64,000 nt of DNA, taken from positions 4,706 through 68,705 of IMG/VR virus record IMGVR_UViG_3300023184_000101. One strand, 5' to 3'. The notes beneath the pieces were generated by a model. That model had not been told where the DNA came from and did not search any database. It saw only the letters and a list, made by a program, of their open reading frames with translations. The stretch comes from a virus. The translations under genes were made by a program, and so were the position numbers. Below, in pieces: positions 39,909-50,604 of this stretch; the stretch's first letter is position 1, and the number at the start of each line of letters is the position of its first letter.

Positions 39909-41291
39909 ATGAACAAGAATTTTGATTATTTAGGGAACACATTTCAGGTGCAGTTACTCAACCAAATAGTTGTCGACAAGGATTTTTCACATTCCATTAT
40001 GGATGTTATTGAAAGTTCATATTTCGACAACAAATACTTTAAAATCATCATACAGATGATTAAAGAGTATCACATAAAGTACGAGTCAACACCTACTTTC
40101 GACACCTTAGAGCAGATTGTAAAATCTGAGATACCTCAAGAACTTGTTGCCAAGATTGTTTTGGACACACTTAAACAAGTTAAAGACGCTCCGTTTGAGG
40201 GAACATCTTTTGTTCAAGAGAAGGCATTAAAATTCTGTAAACAACAAGAGTTACAGAAGGCGATGGACAAATCACAAAAGATTATTACTGAGGGTGACTT
40301 TGAATCTTACGACAAGGTGGAAGGACTTATTAGAGAAGCTCTACAAGTTGGTGAGTTTGAGAAAGGTGAGACAGATGTATTCGATAACTTAGAGACAGTC
40401 CTCGAGGAAGACTACAGACACCCCATTCCAATGGGTATTACAGGAATCGACAAACTACTTAAGGGTGGACTTGCGAAGGGTGAGATTGGGGTTATATTAG
40501 CTCCTACGGGGGTCGGTAAAACCACCGTCTTATGTAAGATAGCCAACACAGCATTCAATATGGGTTATAACGTTCTTCAAATATTTTTTGAGGACAACCC
40601 AAAGATTATTCAAAGAAAACATTTCACGATGTGGACGGGTATTGAACCAGATAATTTGGTTCTCCACAAAGATGTTGTCATGGGTAAGATAACTGAGATT
40701 AAAGAGACGATGAAGAATGAGTTAATCTTGAAGAAGTTAGCTTCTGATAGTATGACCATGAATCAAATCAAGAATCAAGTTAGAAAGATTATTGCTGATG
40801 GTACAAAGATTGATATGATTCTATTGGATTATATTGATTGTGTTCTCCCTGAATCAAGTGCAAAGGATGAGTGGAAAGCTGAAGGTTCTGTAATGAGAGG
40901 ATTTGAAGGTATGTGTCACGAGTTGAATCTTGCTGGATGGACCGCAACACAAGGTAATAGAAGTTCAATCTCATCTGAGGTTGTGACTACAGACCAAATG
41001 GGTGGCTCAATCAAAAAGGCTCAGGTGGGTCACGTAATCATCACTGTGGCTAAATCATTACAACAAAAGGAAATGAACTTAGCAACAATTGCCATTACAA
41101 AGTCACGTCTTGGTAAAGACGGAGTTGTCTTTGAAAATTGCAAGTTTAACAATGAACTTCTTGAAATAGATACTGAATCGTCAGTTACCTTCTTAGGATT
41201 TGAGGGACAACAAGAGGAAAGAAAAAGGGATAGAGTTAAGGAACTTCTTGAGAAAAGAAAAGAAAGAGAATCTCAACAAAAATCCACTTAA
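39909..41291 (+). CDS. dnaB: Replicative DnaB/gp41-like helicase
   Basis: Walker A APTGVGKT, plus LLDYID, WTATQGNR and KSRLG. Confidence 0.9.
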   Translation: MNKNFDYLGNTFQVQLLNQIVVDKDFSHSIMDVIESSYFDNKYFKIIIQMIKEYHIKYESTPTFDTLEQIVKSEIPQELVAKIVLDTLKQVKDAPFEGTSFVQEKALKFCKQQELQKAMDKSQKIITEGDFESYDKVEGLIREALQVGEFEKGETDVFDNLETVLEEDYRHPIPMGITGIDKLLKGGLAKGEIGVILAPTGVGKTTVLCKIANTAFNMGYNVLQIFFEDNPKIIQRKHFTMWTGIEPDNLVLHKDVVMGKITEIKETMKNELILKKLASDSMTMNQIKNQVRKIIADGTKIDMILLDYIDCVLPESSAKDEWKAEGSVMRGFEGMCHELNLAGWTATQGNRSSISSEVVTTDQMGGSIKKAQVGHVIITVAKSLQQKEMNLATIAITKSRLGKDGVVFENCKFNNELLEIDTESSVTFLGFEGQQEERKRDRVKELLEKRKERESQQKST

Positions 41292-41424
41292 TTAAATATC
41301 TACTTTTTTCAAAAAAAACTTATTTTTTTAATTACAAATTGTTGGTCGATTGGTGTTCGACCACATATTTATCATAAAAATCAACGATTTTTTAATAAAA
41401 TATCTACACCTAAAAATTTACAAA

Positions 41425-43287
41425 ATGGACATTTCAAACAGAATTTTATCGGATATTACAGTGTATATGAAATACGCAAAGTATATCCCTGAGTTAAAGA
41501 GGAGAGAAACGTGGCAAGAATTAGTCACAAGAAACATGGAGATGCATATTAAGCAATATCCACAATTAGAGAAAGAAATTAGAGAGAACTACATGTATGT
41601 TTACAGAAAACAAGTTCTTCCATCAATGAGGTCAATGCAGTTCGCAGGAAAGCCAATTGAAATTTCACCAAACAGAATTTACAACTGTGCCTTTGCACCC
41701 ATTGATGATTGGAGAGTATTCTCTGAAATCATGTTCTTACTTTTAGGAGGAACAGGTGTTGGTTATTCAGTACAAAAACATCACGTTGATGCTTTACCTG
41801 AAATCAGAAAACCAAATAAAGAAAGAGGTAGAAGATGGCTAGTTGCCGATTCAATTGAAGGATGGGCTGACGCTGTAAAAGTGTTAGTTAAATCATACTT
41901 CTTTGGAGGCTCAAAAATTGAATTTGATTTTTCGGACATTAGAGCTAAAGGTGCTAGATTAGTTACATCAGGTGGTAAAGCACCTGGTCCTCAACCATTA
42001 AAGGAATGTTTAATTAAAGTTGAAGGTATCTTGGATTCAAGACAAGATGGTGAAAGATTAAAACCAATTGAAGTACATGATATCGTTTGTCATATTGCGG
42101 ACGCAGTATTGGCTGGTGGTATCAGAAGAGCGGCTCTTATCTCATTATTCTCAGCAACTGACGAAGAAATGATTGGTTGTAAGAGTGGAGCTTGGTGGGA
42201 AACAAATCCACAAAGAGGTAGAGCTAATAACTCTGCGGTATTAATGAGACACAAAATTACAAAAGACTACTTTATGGACCTTTGGAAGAGAATTGAAGCA
42301 AGTGGGGCGGGAGAACCTGGTATCTACTTAAGTAACGATAAAGATTGGGGAACTAACCCTTGTTGTGAAATCGCTTTAAGACCATTCCAATTCTGTAACC
42401 TTACAGAGGTTAACGTGTCTAACGTTGTATCTCAAGAAGATTATGAAGATAGAGTTAGAGCGGCATCTTTCATTGGAACATTACAAGCGGGATATACAAA
42501 CTTCCACTACTTAAGACCAATTTGGCAAAGAACAACGGAAAAAGATGCATTGATTGGAATTTCAATGACAGGTATCGGTTCAGGTGCGGTGTTAGGTTTA
42601 AATATGAAATCTGCGGCTAAAGTAGTTAAAGAAGAAAACAAAAGAGTTGCTGAATTATTACATATAAATCCATCGGCAAGAACAACAACAGTTAAACCGG
42701 CAGGAACAACATCATTAACTTTAGGCACATCTTCAGGTATCCACGCTTGGCACAATGAATATTATGTTAGAAGAGTGAGAGTTGGTAAGAATGAAGCGAT
42801 TTATTCACACTTGAAGAATAATCACCCTGAGTTAGTTGAAGATGAATACTTCAGACCACACGATACAGCGGTAATCGGTATTCCACAAAAAGCACCAGAA
42901 GGGTCAATCTTGAGAAACGAATCTCCAATTCAATTATTAGAGAGAGTTAAAAAGGTTCAACAAGAATGGATTAAACCAGGACATAGAAATGGAAACAACG
43001 CACATAACGTATCGGCAACAATCTCAATTAGAGAGCATGAGTGGCCGGCAGTTGGTGAGTGGATGTGGGAGAATAAAGAATACTACAACGGACTTTCAGT
43101 ATTACCTTATGATGGGGGAACTTACATTCAAGCACCATTTGAAGATTGTACGAAAGATAGATATGAAGAATTAATGAAGACACTTCATGATGTCGATTTA
43201 TCAAAAATCATTGAGATGGATGATGATACAGATTTAAGTGGTGAAGTGGCTTGTGCAGGCGGGGCTTGTGAAATAGTACTTGTATAA
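41425..43287 (+). CDS. nrdJ: Class II (adenosylcobalamin-dependent) ribonucleotide reductase
   Basis: PSMRSMQFAG, YNC, RRAALISL, TNPCCEI, VKPAGTTS and C-terminal CAGGAC. Start moved from 41350 to ATG 41425, downstream of TATTTAT at 41366. Confidence 0.9.
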   Translation: MDISNRILSDITVYMKYAKYIPELKRRETWQELVTRNMEMHIKQYPQLEKEIRENYMYVYRKQVLPSMRSMQFAGKPIEISPNRIYNCAFAPIDDWRVFSEIMFLLLGGTGVGYSVQKHHVDALPEIRKPNKERGRRWLVADSIEGWADAVKVLVKSYFFGGSKIEFDFSDIRAKGARLVTSGGKAPGPQPLKECLIKVEGILDSRQDGERLKPIEVHDIVCHIADAVLAGGIRRAALISLFSATDEEMIGCKSGAWWETNPQRGRANNSAVLMRHKITKDYFMDLWKRIEASGAGEPGIYLSNDKDWGTNPCCEIALRPFQFCNLTEVNVSNVVSQEDYEDRVRAASFIGTLQAGYTNFHYLRPIWQRTTEKDALIGISMTGIGSGAVLGLNMKSAAKVVKEENKRVAELLHINPSARTTTVKPAGTTSLTLGTSSGIHAWHNEYYVRRVRVGKNEAIYSHLKNNHPELVEDEYFRPHDTAVIGIPQKAPEGSILRNESPIQLLERVKKVQQEWIKPGHRNGNNAHNVSATISIREHEWPAVGEWMWENKEYYNGLSVLPYDGGTYIQAPFEDCTKDRYEELMKTLHDVDLSKIIEMDDDTDLSGEVACAGGACEIVLV

Positions 43288-43288
43288 A

Positions 43289-43477
43289 ATGAAACAAGAG
43301 AATATTAAAAGGGAGAAGCCAAAACTTCTCCCTTCTTATTTTTATGAAGAAAATGGTAGAACCGTTTTCACTGAAGAATATCACATTGAAAGAGGATATT
43401 GTTGTGGTAATGGATGTAGACATTGCCCTTTTGAACCAAAAGCTCAAAAAGGTAATATGTATTTAAGAAAAAAATAA
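43289..43477 (+). CDS. Small Cys-rich protein (DUF5522-like)
   Basis: VFTEEYHIERGYCCGNGCRHCPF motif. Likely ATG at 43289. Confidence 0.7.
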   Translation: MKQENIKREKPKLLPSYFYEENGRTVFTEEYHIERGYCCGNGCRHCPFEPKAQKGNMYLRKK

Positions 43478-43497
43478 TCCAAGTATATTTATCACAT

Positions 43498-43968
43498 ATG
43501 GCAAATGGTACAACATATGGTTTGGCGTTTCCTTTTAATGATTCAATTAAAGGTGATTATTTAGAGTTAACTGAATTTCAGAAAGACGAAATTAAATCAG
43601 ACCTGTTACATTTATTATTGACAAGGAAGGGCTCAAGATATTATTTACCTACGTTTGGTACAAGATTATATGAGTTTATTTTTGAACCTTTTGACGGATT
43701 AACATTTGATGCGATACAATCAGATATTAGAGATGCAGTTCAAAATTTTATGCCGAACTTATTAATAAATGAAATTACAATAACACCGGCTGACCCAATG
43801 GAAGAAGTTGACATTGCCACAGGACAAAACTTTGTAGGAACAAGTGAATCTTCAATCTACAGACTTCCTGGAAAAGGAACCGCAGAATATACTGCAAAAA
43901 TAAAAATAGATTATGCAACAAACGGTCAAACGTTTTCACAAAGTGATTTTCTAATTATCAATATTTAA
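43498..43968 (+). CDS. Baseplate wedge subunit (gp25/GPW-like)
   Basis: LLLTRKGSRYYLPTFGTRLYEFIFEP. Confidence 0.9.
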   Translation: MANGTTYGLAFPFNDSIKGDYLELTEFQKDEIKSDLLHLLLTRKGSRYYLPTFGTRLYEFIFEPFDGLTFDAIQSDIRDAVQNFMPNLLINEITITPADPMEEVDIATGQNFVGTSESSIYRLPGKGTAEYTAKIKIDYATNGQTFSQSDFLIINI

Positions 43969-43973
43969 CATAG

Positions 43974-45812
43974 ATGGCTAGTCGTAAAATACCATATACA
44001 AGCAGAGATTTCCAAGCGATAAGAGTAGAACTACAAAACTACGTTAGAACTTATTATCCGGAATTAATACAGGATTTTAATGATGCCTCAGTATTTTCGG
44101 TATTCTTAGATTTAAATGCTGCGGTTGCTGATAACCTACATTATCATATTGATAGAAGTATTCAAGAAACCGTTCTTCAATACGCACAACAAAAGTCTTC
44201 GGTTTATAACATTGCCAGAACTTACGGTTTAAAATTACCGGGTCAAAGACCATCAGTATCGTTAGTAGATTTTTCAATCACAGTACCAGCTTATGGTGAC
44301 AAAGAAGATGAAAGATATCTTGGTACTATATTAAGAGGTTCTCAAGTAGTAGGAGCTGGTTTAGTTTTTGAAAATATTTACGATGTAAACTTTGCATCAC
44401 CATACAATGCTCAAGGATTCCCTAATAGATTAAAAGTTCCAAACTTTAATGCCAATGGTATTTTAATAAACTATACAATAACTAAGAGAGAACTTGTTGT
44501 TAACGGTATTACAAAGGTATTCAAAAGAGTTATCACACCAAACGACGTTAAGCCATTCTTTGAATTATTCTTACCTGAAAAAAACGTGTTAGGTATCACA
44601 AATGTTTTACTTAAAGACGGTACAGAATATACAAACATACCAACGACAGCTGAATTCATGGGATTATCAAACAGATGGTACGAAGTAGACGCATTAGCAG
44701 AAGATAGAGTATTCATCGAAGACCCAACAAAAGTTTCAGACCAACCCGGTATCAAAGTTGGTAGATATATCCAAACTCAAGATAGATTCATTAGTGAATA
44801 TACCGGAGAGGGATTTAAGAAGATGACATTCGGTGGCGGAACAAACACAGCTCAAGACCAATTAGACCAATTCACAACATTTGGTGGAACTTTAGAATTA
44901 CAAAAATATTCAAATAACTTTTCATTAGGTTCTGCATTGAAAGCCAACTCAACATTGTTCGTTCAGTATAGAGTAGGTGGTGGATTACAAAGTAACTTAG
45001 GTACAAACGTAATCAATCAAATTGGTACAGTATCATTCTTTGTTAACGGACCTTCAGAAGCAACAAACTCATCAGTAGTAAATTCTTTAAGATGTAATAA
45101 CGTAACTGCGGCTATCGGTGGAGCGGGATTACCAACAATTGAAGAAATTAGAAACTACGTATCGTTTAACTTCTCAGCACAAAAAAGAGCGGTTACTGTT
45201 CAAGATTATGATTCAATTATTAGAAACATGCCAGCTCAATTTGGAGCTCCTGCAAAAGTTGCAATCACAGAAAACGATAATAAAATTTTAATTCAAATAT
45301 TATCATACGATACTTCAGGTAAACTGACTAATATTGTATCTAATACTTTGAAACAAAATATTGCCAACTACCTATCTAACTACAGAATGATGAATGACTA
45401 CATCTCAATCTTCACCGCTGAAGTTATTGATGTAAGTGTAGACATTTCAATCGTATTAGACTCTGCTCAAAACTCTGGCCAAATTATTTCACAGGTTATT
45501 GATATAATATCAACATACTTTAATCCACAAACAAGACAACTTGGACAAAACGTTTATTTATCTGAGATAAGAAGTATAGTTCAAAACACAAATGGAGTCT
45601 TAACTGTTGCAGGACTTGATATTTACAACGAAGTTGGAGGTCAATATTCATCAGCTGAAACGTCAATGACATACTCTAACCCTGAAACAAAATTAATTGG
45701 ACCTGTTGACGATACAATATTTGCACAACCATCACAAGTGTATCAAATTAGATATCCAAACAAAGATATTAGAGTATCTGTGAAGAACTTCCAATCAGTT
45801 ACATTCTCATAA
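43974..45812 (+). CDS. Baseplate wedge protein (gp6/baseplate J-like)
   Basis: YTSRDFQAIR, DFNDAS, YRVGGG..SN and QKRAVTVQDY. Confidence 0.88.
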   Translation: MASRKIPYTSRDFQAIRVELQNYVRTYYPELIQDFNDASVFSVFLDLNAAVADNLHYHIDRSIQETVLQYAQQKSSVYNIARTYGLKLPGQRPSVSLVDFSITVPAYGDKEDERYLGTILRGSQVVGAGLVFENIYDVNFASPYNAQGFPNRLKVPNFNANGILINYTITKRELVVNGITKVFKRVITPNDVKPFFELFLPEKNVLGITNVLLKDGTEYTNIPTTAEFMGLSNRWYEVDALAEDRVFIEDPTKVSDQPGIKVGRYIQTQDRFISEYTGEGFKKMTFGGGTNTAQDQLDQFTTFGGTLELQKYSNNFSLGSALKANSTLFVQYRVGGGLQSNLGTNVINQIGTVSFFVNGPSEATNSSVVNSLRCNNVTAAIGGAGLPTIEEIRNYVSFNFSAQKRAVTVQDYDSIIRNMPAQFGAPAKVAITENDNKILIQILSYDTSGKLTNIVSNTLKQNIANYLSNYRMMNDYISIFTAEVIDVSVDISIVLDSAQNSGQIISQVIDIISTYFNPQTRQLGQNVYLSEIRSIVQNTNGVLTVAGLDIYNEVGGQYSSAETSMTYSNPETKLIGPVDDTIFAQPSQVYQIRYPNKDIRVSVKNFQSVTFS

Positions 45813-45897
45813 GTTTATTTTTACTTTGATTGAACTATAATTTATTGTGGTGTGTTTTATAAAATTCCACATAAACTATTTATAGTAAAACCATTGG

Positions 45898-48800
45898 ATG
45901 GGTCAATCATATAGGATACAAACAGAACTTGGGATTAATAAGACAATTAATGTTCAATTAGACCAAGAGTTCGAATTTCTTGAAATTCTTTCACTAAAAA
46001 TTCAACAATCAGACATCTATACAAGAAGTTGTGCTGACTATGGTGTAATGGTGGGAAGAGTGACTGCGAACAATGGATTTGGATTACCAAATGCAAGGGT
46101 TTCAATATTCATACCAATCGAAAGTGTCGATGAGTCAAATCCCGTTATTCAAAGTATCTACCCTTATAAGTCACCAAGTGATAAAAATGAAGATGGGTAT
46201 AGATACAATTTATTACCTTACGAAAAATCATATTCAAAACACGCAGCTACAGGTACCTTACCTTCAAGAATTGATGTATTAAATCAGTCAATTGCGGTTG
46301 AGATATATGACAAATATTATAAATTTACTGCCAAGACAAATGAAAGTGGTGACTACATGATTATGGGTGTTCCATTAGGTAGTCAAAGTATCGTAATGGA
46401 TGTGGACCTTTCAGATATTGGAGAGTTTTCTTTAACACCACAAGATTTAATTAGAATGGGTAGAGCCACAGAGGCTCAAGTTGCGGGTAATCAATTTAGA
46501 ACTTCTACCGACCTTAACTCATTACCACAAATTGTTAACTTAACAACAAATGCCGAAATATCTCCATTATGGGGAGACCCTGACTTATGTCAAATAGCTA
46601 TTAATAGAGTTGATTTTGATTTAAGAGATGATGCTAATATTGATATCCAACCAACATCAACATTTATGGGTTCTGTATATTCTACTTCAGATGCCTATAG
46701 AGTTAGAAGAAATTGTAAGCCAAGAGATGATATGGGTAATCTTTGTTCGTTATCTTCAGGACCTGGTCAAGTATTGGCAATAAGACAAACAATACAACAA
46801 GATTCTGATGGTAACCCTATTTTAGAATTATATCAATTGGAGCAGGCTGGAAATATTATAGATGGAAATGGAGTATGGTTGACTGAACTACCAATGAATT
46901 TAGATTACTTAGTAACAAACCAATACGGCGAAAAAGTAATATCAAATGACCCAACAATTGGTATTCCAACTAAAGCTAAGTACAGATTTAAGATTAAATG
47001 GCAACAACCAGCTGCTTTGTCAACTCAAACAAGAAGACCTAATTATTTGGTTCCAAATATTAAAGAATATGGTCCTGATGTTACACAAAGAAAAAGTTCT
47101 TATTATTTCGGATTAGCTTGGAGTGGATACACAAATGGATTTATAGGAACCCAAAAAACAAATAGATTAAATGAAGTAATAGATTGTGAAGATACATTTT
47201 ATGAGTTCAAGTTTAATAAAGTTTATACTGTTGCCGGATTAATCGATGAGTATAAAAAAGGTGCTAAAGGTAGATTTATTGGAATTAAAGAAATTGATAG
47301 CAGCGATTGTGAAAGCACAATAAATAAGTTTCCTGTTAACGACGGGTTTAGAAATTTTGATTTATTATTTTTTATATTCTCAATATTAATGACTTTAATA
47401 ACGCCATTAGCTCTTGCAATTCTTTTTGCGATGCATTTGGTGTTGTGGATTTATTTAACATTAATAAATGCGCTTTGTTGGATATGTGGTATTAAACTAT
47501 TAGGAGGACACCCATTCGGATTTATCTGTAGGGGTTTAGGAATTGATTGTAATCAAAAAAGAGATTATTCATTCAGATTACCAATGATAACATACCCTGA
47601 ATGCCAAGCGTGTGACTGTAAACAGTCCGCACAAACACTCCCAATAAATAACTCAGGAGGACCAACGAGTTATCTGCCAACAGGTACCTTAAGTTATTTA
47701 TCATCAGCACCTCAATATCAAACAAAGTTTGAGCAATATTACTCGGCGTCAACATCTGCTGACATTTTTAACTTGGCAACAATATCTTCTCAGTCAGTTG
47801 CGGGGTTTGGTGCTGTTGCGGTTTTAAATGACCCATCAAGATATAAAATTCCGTTCTCTGAGACTTTAACATTTAGTAATGGTAAATCAGGATTTGCGAT
47901 ATCAAAATCTTTACCAATAGGAGAAAGAATTAATTTATTTAACCAAAGGTCTAATTTCTTTACAGGATTAAATTCCGTGAAAGTAAGTTTTGCTGGAGAC
48001 TCTAACATAAATAAATTTCATTTGGATAATACAATTACCGTATTATCCAATATACAGTATAATGCTGGTGATTTACTAAGTACTGTTTCTATAACAGGCT
48101 CAACCGATATAAACTGGACATACACCGCAGATACGGTAAATGGAATGGAAACAGGTATTAGTGGAGAAACTTACAATGGAGCTAGCGCAACCACAATCAA
48201 TGTTACATATGCAACATCACAGTATACAAACTCACAAACAATAAGTTATAATTTACCATATGGTTCGGAAACAACTAATTACAAATACCCGGCTGATATT
48301 GAATACTTCCAAGTTGTAACTGCAATTACAATTGCCGATGCTGCAAAAATTTGGAATAGCGGAACTACACAATCTTTTCCGAATGTTATAACAACACCAA
48401 TCGATTTCAGTATATTTGAACCATTCTTGGGGGTTAATCGTGAAAAGAGTACCGCATCGGTAACAGTATTTGATACTTTTGATAATATAGAAAATCAATA
48501 CATTTTAATATTACAAAGAGGAGTTGACCCATATTCTCCTAAATATAAAAACGTTTATAGTTTGGGTAGAATATTTGGTAGTAATATCGATGATGCCAAC
48601 TTTGTGGTAACCGCTGAAACAAGAGTTAACATACCAATACAAGCTTTAAATAACTCATCTACAACAATTCAAGGTTATAGTATTAATGACATGTATTATC
48701 AGTCATATTTTTTCAAACCTGGAGTATCGGGAAGTACGGCACCTGGTGGAATGTTTACAGGGTTTAATACAACTAATTTGGCTTATTATGGGGCGCAATC

Positions 48801-50604
48801 ATCTTTAACATCATTATCAACACAAGAAGAAGTATTAAATTCTGCGGTTGTGAGTAAGAGTTCTAATGGTTTTTATGCGGTTGGGGCAAATGCTGCAAAA
48901 TATGACAATAGTGAAGATGTCTCAGGTTTATCGTTTATGCAATGTGGTAACTATGGTTCCATCCTTAGCACAGATAGTGCTTTAATTCCTGTACAATTGG
49001 GATGTTACTATTATACACCAAGTTTATTTTCATCTATAAACACAGCAGGACCAACATTATTAATTAATAACAATGTTAAAAATATTGTAAGAACGGATAG
49101 ACTACCAACTTCAGATGTACTTGACGGAGGTAGTTTTTCAAACAACCCATCAATACTACAACAAAATAATTCATTTTCATTTTATTTAATCAACACAGAT
49201 AGCGAAGACATTACAACTTCAAGTAACACTTTTGGAGCGTCTCAAGTTCCTCCCGAACTAGGCGACTTACCTGGTGTTACAAACGTACTTGAAAGTTTTA
49301 ACTGTGAAAGTATGGTTGGATTAGGGTGTTACGAAGGACTAGGAACAAATTTCCAAGTAAATCAACAATGTACCGAAGTAGACCCTGTTGAAAATGGGTG
49401 TTATGTATTCATGAAAAACCCTACAAATTTAGGAACAATTAAAGATGATTTTGCAACATACTCAGAATGGAGTTTCAGGTTTAGATTTTTCTATGGATTA
49501 TGTCGTGGAGTTTTATCTCAATCGTTTATGAACAACTGGGTTAGCGGAAGTCTGTATATGTTTCCAATACAAGTTGATACAAGATATAATAATAAGAACC
49601 AAGCATATTCTCTTTATTGTAGTGATTTAGTTTATTTTGAATCTGAAACAAACAATTTTTACTATAGAAGTAGTCCTTATAATACAGGTTCTGCAAAATT
49701 TGTTGGAATACCGGCACCAGACTCTACGTCAGTAAACACAAGAAATTTATTGTTCCCAACAACAATAATGAATTTAGGAATGAAAGATTATTTTTATCAA
49801 GAGATAACTTTTAACCCTGAAACAAAAGGGTATGTAATGCCTAATTTAGATTCAACTAGCTATGGTGATACATCTGATTTAGTTAACTTATTTGTTATTT
49901 CAAGAATTACAGACGAAGGATTTTTAAGACAGATTATTGTAGTTGGAGATAACTCTTTAAATCAATTATTTAGTAGAACTGATAAAAGAATTGACGGTGA
50001 TTTAGCACAACTTCTTTCAATTAATTCTGAAGAGGGTGTTATTAAATTTTCACCTGAGTATTATGAAACAATTCAAGGTTCAACAACCGACCCTGTAAAC
50101 ATTTTAGGTACTTCTTTAGACCCTGTCATGTGTGTTTGGTTTTCATCAACAACAAATGATATTCAATTCAAAGATTATTTAACGCCAGGAAGAATTGATT
50201 TCAGAACTAACGATAATACAAATTATTACCCTTATCCATATGGTATTAAATCACAAGTAACTCCATTCTATCAGTGGAAATTAGCTAACACCACAACAAT
50301 TTTTGGTAGTCAAAGCAATACATGGGCTACAGACCTCGGAGATATTGTTCAAAACAAAAGATTCCAAAGTTTAGATAGAACAAGTTTAACTCAACCAAAC
50401 TATTTTAGACCATCAACTTCAAGCGTTAATGATTTATATGCGAGAGGTTATATTTTCAGTGTTGATTCGAGCGGCGTTTATTCTACAGTAGGAGCAACAA
50501 GTGATAAGTTCATAGTTGGAGCACCATTCCATTTCTATTTTGGGACAATTAAGGGTCAAACAGCTTTAGATAAATTTAAAACAAAATATTCTATCATTGA
50601 GTAA
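45898..50604 (+). CDS. Large structural protein (1568 aa) with internal hydrophobic segment
   Basis: N-terminal carboxypeptidase-regulatory-like Ig region (GLPNARVSIF, TNESGDYMIMGVP) and a ~50 aa hydrophobic stretch, within the baseplate operon. Confidence 0.55.
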   Translation: MGQSYRIQTELGINKTINVQLDQEFEFLEILSLKIQQSDIYTRSCADYGVMVGRVTANNGFGLPNARVSIFIPIESVDESNPVIQSIYPYKSPSDKNEDGYRYNLLPYEKSYSKHAATGTLPSRIDVLNQSIAVEIYDKYYKFTAKTNESGDYMIMGVPLGSQSIVMDVDLSDIGEFSLTPQDLIRMGRATEAQVAGNQFRTSTDLNSLPQIVNLTTNAEISPLWGDPDLCQIAINRVDFDLRDDANIDIQPTSTFMGSVYSTSDAYRVRRNCKPRDDMGNLCSLSSGPGQVLAIRQTIQQDSDGNPILELYQLEQAGNIIDGNGVWLTELPMNLDYLVTNQYGEKVISNDPTIGIPTKAKYRFKIKWQQPAALSTQTRRPNYLVPNIKEYGPDVTQRKSSYYFGLAWSGYTNGFIGTQKTNRLNEVIDCEDTFYEFKFNKVYTVAGLIDEYKKGAKGRFIGIKEIDSSDCESTINKFPVNDGFRNFDLLFFIFSILMTLITPLALAILFAMHLVLWIYLTLINALCWICGIKLLGGHPFGFICRGLGIDCNQKRDYSFRLPMITYPECQACDCKQSAQTLPINNSGGPTSYLPTGTLSYLSSAPQYQTKFEQYYSASTSADIFNLATISSQSVAGFGAVAVLNDPSRYKIPFSETLTFSNGKSGFAISKSLPIGERINLFNQRSNFFTGLNSVKVSFAGDSNINKFHLDNTITVLSNIQYNAGDLLSTVSITGSTDINWTYTADTVNGMETGISGETYNGASATTINVTYATSQYTNSQTISYNLPYGSETTNYKYPADIEYFQVVTAITIADAAKIWNSGTTQSFPNVITTPIDFSIFEPFLGVNREKSTASVTVFDTFDNIENQYILILQRGVDPYSPKYKNVYSLGRIFGSNIDDANFVVTAETRVNIPIQALNNSSTTIQGYSINDMYYQSYFFKPGVSGSTAPGGMFTGFNTTNLAYYGAQSSLTSLSTQEEVLNSAVVSKSSNGFYAVGANAAKYDNSEDVSGLSFMQCGNYGSILSTDSALIPVQLGCYYYTPSLFSSINTAGPTLLINNNVKNIVRTDRLPTSDVLDGGSFSNNPSILQQNNSFSFYLINTDSEDITTSSNTFGASQVPPELGDLPGVTNVLESFNCESMVGLGCYEGLGTNFQVNQQCTEVDPVENGCYVFMKNPTNLGTIKDDFATYSEWSFRFRFFYGLCRGVLSQSFMNNWVSGSLYMFPIQVDTRYNNKNQAYSLYCSDLVYFESETNNFYYRSSPYNTGSAKFVGIPAPDSTSVNTRNLLFPTTIMNLGMKDYFYQEITFNPETKGYVMPNLDSTSYGDTSDLVNLFVISRITDEGFLRQIIVVGDNSLNQLFSRTDKRIDGDLAQLLSINSEEGVIKFSPEYYETIQGSTTDPVNILGTSLDPVMCVWFSSTTNDIQFKDYLTPGRIDFRTNDNTNYYPYPYGIKSQVTPFYQWKLANTTTIFGSQSNTWATDLGDIVQNKRFQSLDRTSLTQPNYFRPSTSSVNDLYARGYIFSVDSSGVYSTVGATSDKFIVGAPFHFYFGTIKGQTALDKFKTKYSIIE

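Noticed and set aside
41292-41424. Cobalamin riboswitch upstream of class II RNR
   Set aside because: The region is short and very AT-rich with only one small hairpin. No B12-box is recognisable.
5439-43287. Inteins or introns in polB, helicases, RecA or RNR
   Set aside because: The ORFs are continuous and of normal size, and I saw no intein splice or LAGLIDADG motifs.
14918-45812. Bacterial extracellular contractile injection system or tailocin
   Set aside because: Neck genes and a full phage replication module are interleaved, and no host housekeeping genes are present.
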